Assembly (NCBI GenBank): GCA_041191405.1
Contig: JBEEOW010000017.1
Coordinates: 10,317-74,316, forward strand
Reading direction: 5' to 3'
Source: Bacteroidota bacterium
Lineage (GTDB): Bacteria; Bacteroidota; Bacteroidia; Cytophagales; UBA9547
DNA length: 64,000 nucleotides
The position numbers and the translations under genes were made by a program. Position 1 is the first letter of the stretch. Each line of letters begins with the position of its first letter. Of this stretch, positions 63,393-64,000 are shown piece after piece. The notes beneath the pieces are model-generated. The model did no database searches. It was not told the DNA's origin and saw nothing but the letters and a program-made list of their open reading frames with translations.

Positions 63393-64000
63393 ATGGCAAA
63401 AAATAAATTATTTCTTTTAGATGCAATGGCTTTGATATACAGAGCTCATTTTGCGTTCAGTAAAGCACCACGAGTAAACTCAAAAGGCGTAAATACCAGT
63501 GCATCTTTCGGTTTTTTAAACACACTTTTAGAGGTAATTAACAAAGAAAAACCTACTCATATTGGCGTTGCATTTGATTCAAAAGGTCCAACCTTTAGGC
63601 ATGATGATTTTGCTGAATACAAAGCTAACCGTCAGGCACAGCCCGAAGATATTACTGTAAATATTCCTTTTTGTATCAAATTGATTGAAGGTTTTGGAAT
63701 TCCTGTTTTGATTTTACAAGGATATGAGGCTGATGACATTATCGGAACTTTTGCTAAAAAAGTAGCTAGTCCTGATTTTGAAGTTTATATGATGACTTCT
63801 GATAAGGATTATGGTCAATTAGTGGATGAAAATATTTTTGTGTACCGACCAGCTTTTATGGGTAAAGGTCCGGAAGTATATGATATTCAAAAGGTATTAG
63901 AAAAATTTGGAATAAAAAATACAGACCAAGTACGTGATATTCTTGGTTTAATGGGCGATGCTGTAGATAATATTCCAGGTATTCCAGGTATTGGTGAAAA
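63393..64000 (+). CDS. polA: DNA polymerase I, N-terminal 5'-3' exonuclease domain (partial, runs off window end)
   Basis: My translation: MAKNKLFLLDAMALIYRAHFAF...THIGVAFDSKGPTFRHDDFAEYKANRQAQPEDI...GLMGDAVDNIPGIPGIGE, the classic Pol I/FEN signature. Absent from the ORF track because there is no stop in the window. Confidence 0.93.
   Translation, partial: MAKNKLFLLDAMALIYRAHFAFSKAPRVNSKGVNTSASFGFLNTLLEVINKEKPTHIGVAFDSKGPTFRHDDFAEYKANRQAQPEDITVNIPFCIKLIEGFGIPVLILQGYEADDIIGTFAKKVASPDFEVYMMTSDKDYGQLVDENIFVYRPAFMGKGPEVYDIQKVLEKFGIKNTDQVRDILGLMGDAVDNIPGIPGIGE

Noticed and set aside
1-64000. Mobile elements, prophage, integrative islands, rRNA operons
   Set aside because: No ORF resembling a transposase, integrase, recombinase, phage structural protein or relaxase is present. 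No long terminal inverted repeats or tRNA-flanked direct repeats were seen.

Overview
Low-GC chromosomal segment with clear Bacteroidota hallmarks: a 287-aa primary sigma factor, TAnnTTTG -7 boxes, G-poor leaders without Shine-Dalgarno sequences, and GWxTD, DUF4270 and DUF1573 proteins. Most of it is densely packed housekeeping: trpS, rpsO-pnp, rpoD, greA, aroK, panDC, miaE, rlmB, dnaN, pheT, zapA, rny, the polA 5' end and one tRNA-Met. I saw no transposase, integrase, phage genes, CRISPR array or rRNA. Four things stand out. (1) 59110-62837 is a tightly coupled four-gene operon: carrier protein, cytochrome P450, MBOAT acyltransferase and a membrane-anchored SGNH/DltD-like protein. It resembles DltC-DltB-DltD with a P450 where the DltA ligase would be, in a Gram-negative background, and is my best candidate for an undescribed envelope-acylation system. 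(2) 4568-8404 encodes an ECF sigma factor, then an anti-sigma whose extracytoplasmic part is a tandem von Hippel-Lindau beta-domain-like repeat, then an S41 peptidase. Repeat 1 keeps the pVHL hydroxyproline-pocket spacing W..Y..T-Y-x-G-H-x-W. (3) Degenerate tandem heptamer tracts hug CDS ends. At co-directional gene junctions they run stop codon, GT-rich (C-poor) block, AC-rich (G-free) block, start codon. (4) Several GC-rich perfect palindromes sit in the otherwise AT-rich intergenic DNA. Smaller items: a thioester alpha-2-macroglobulin with no pbpC neighbour, a YoeB toxin pair, a degraded outer-membrane barrel gene, a hyper-acidic ORF between rpoD and greA, and a truncated glgA-like gene lacking the KTGGL motif. 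All homology calls come from motif recognition by eye; no searches were run.
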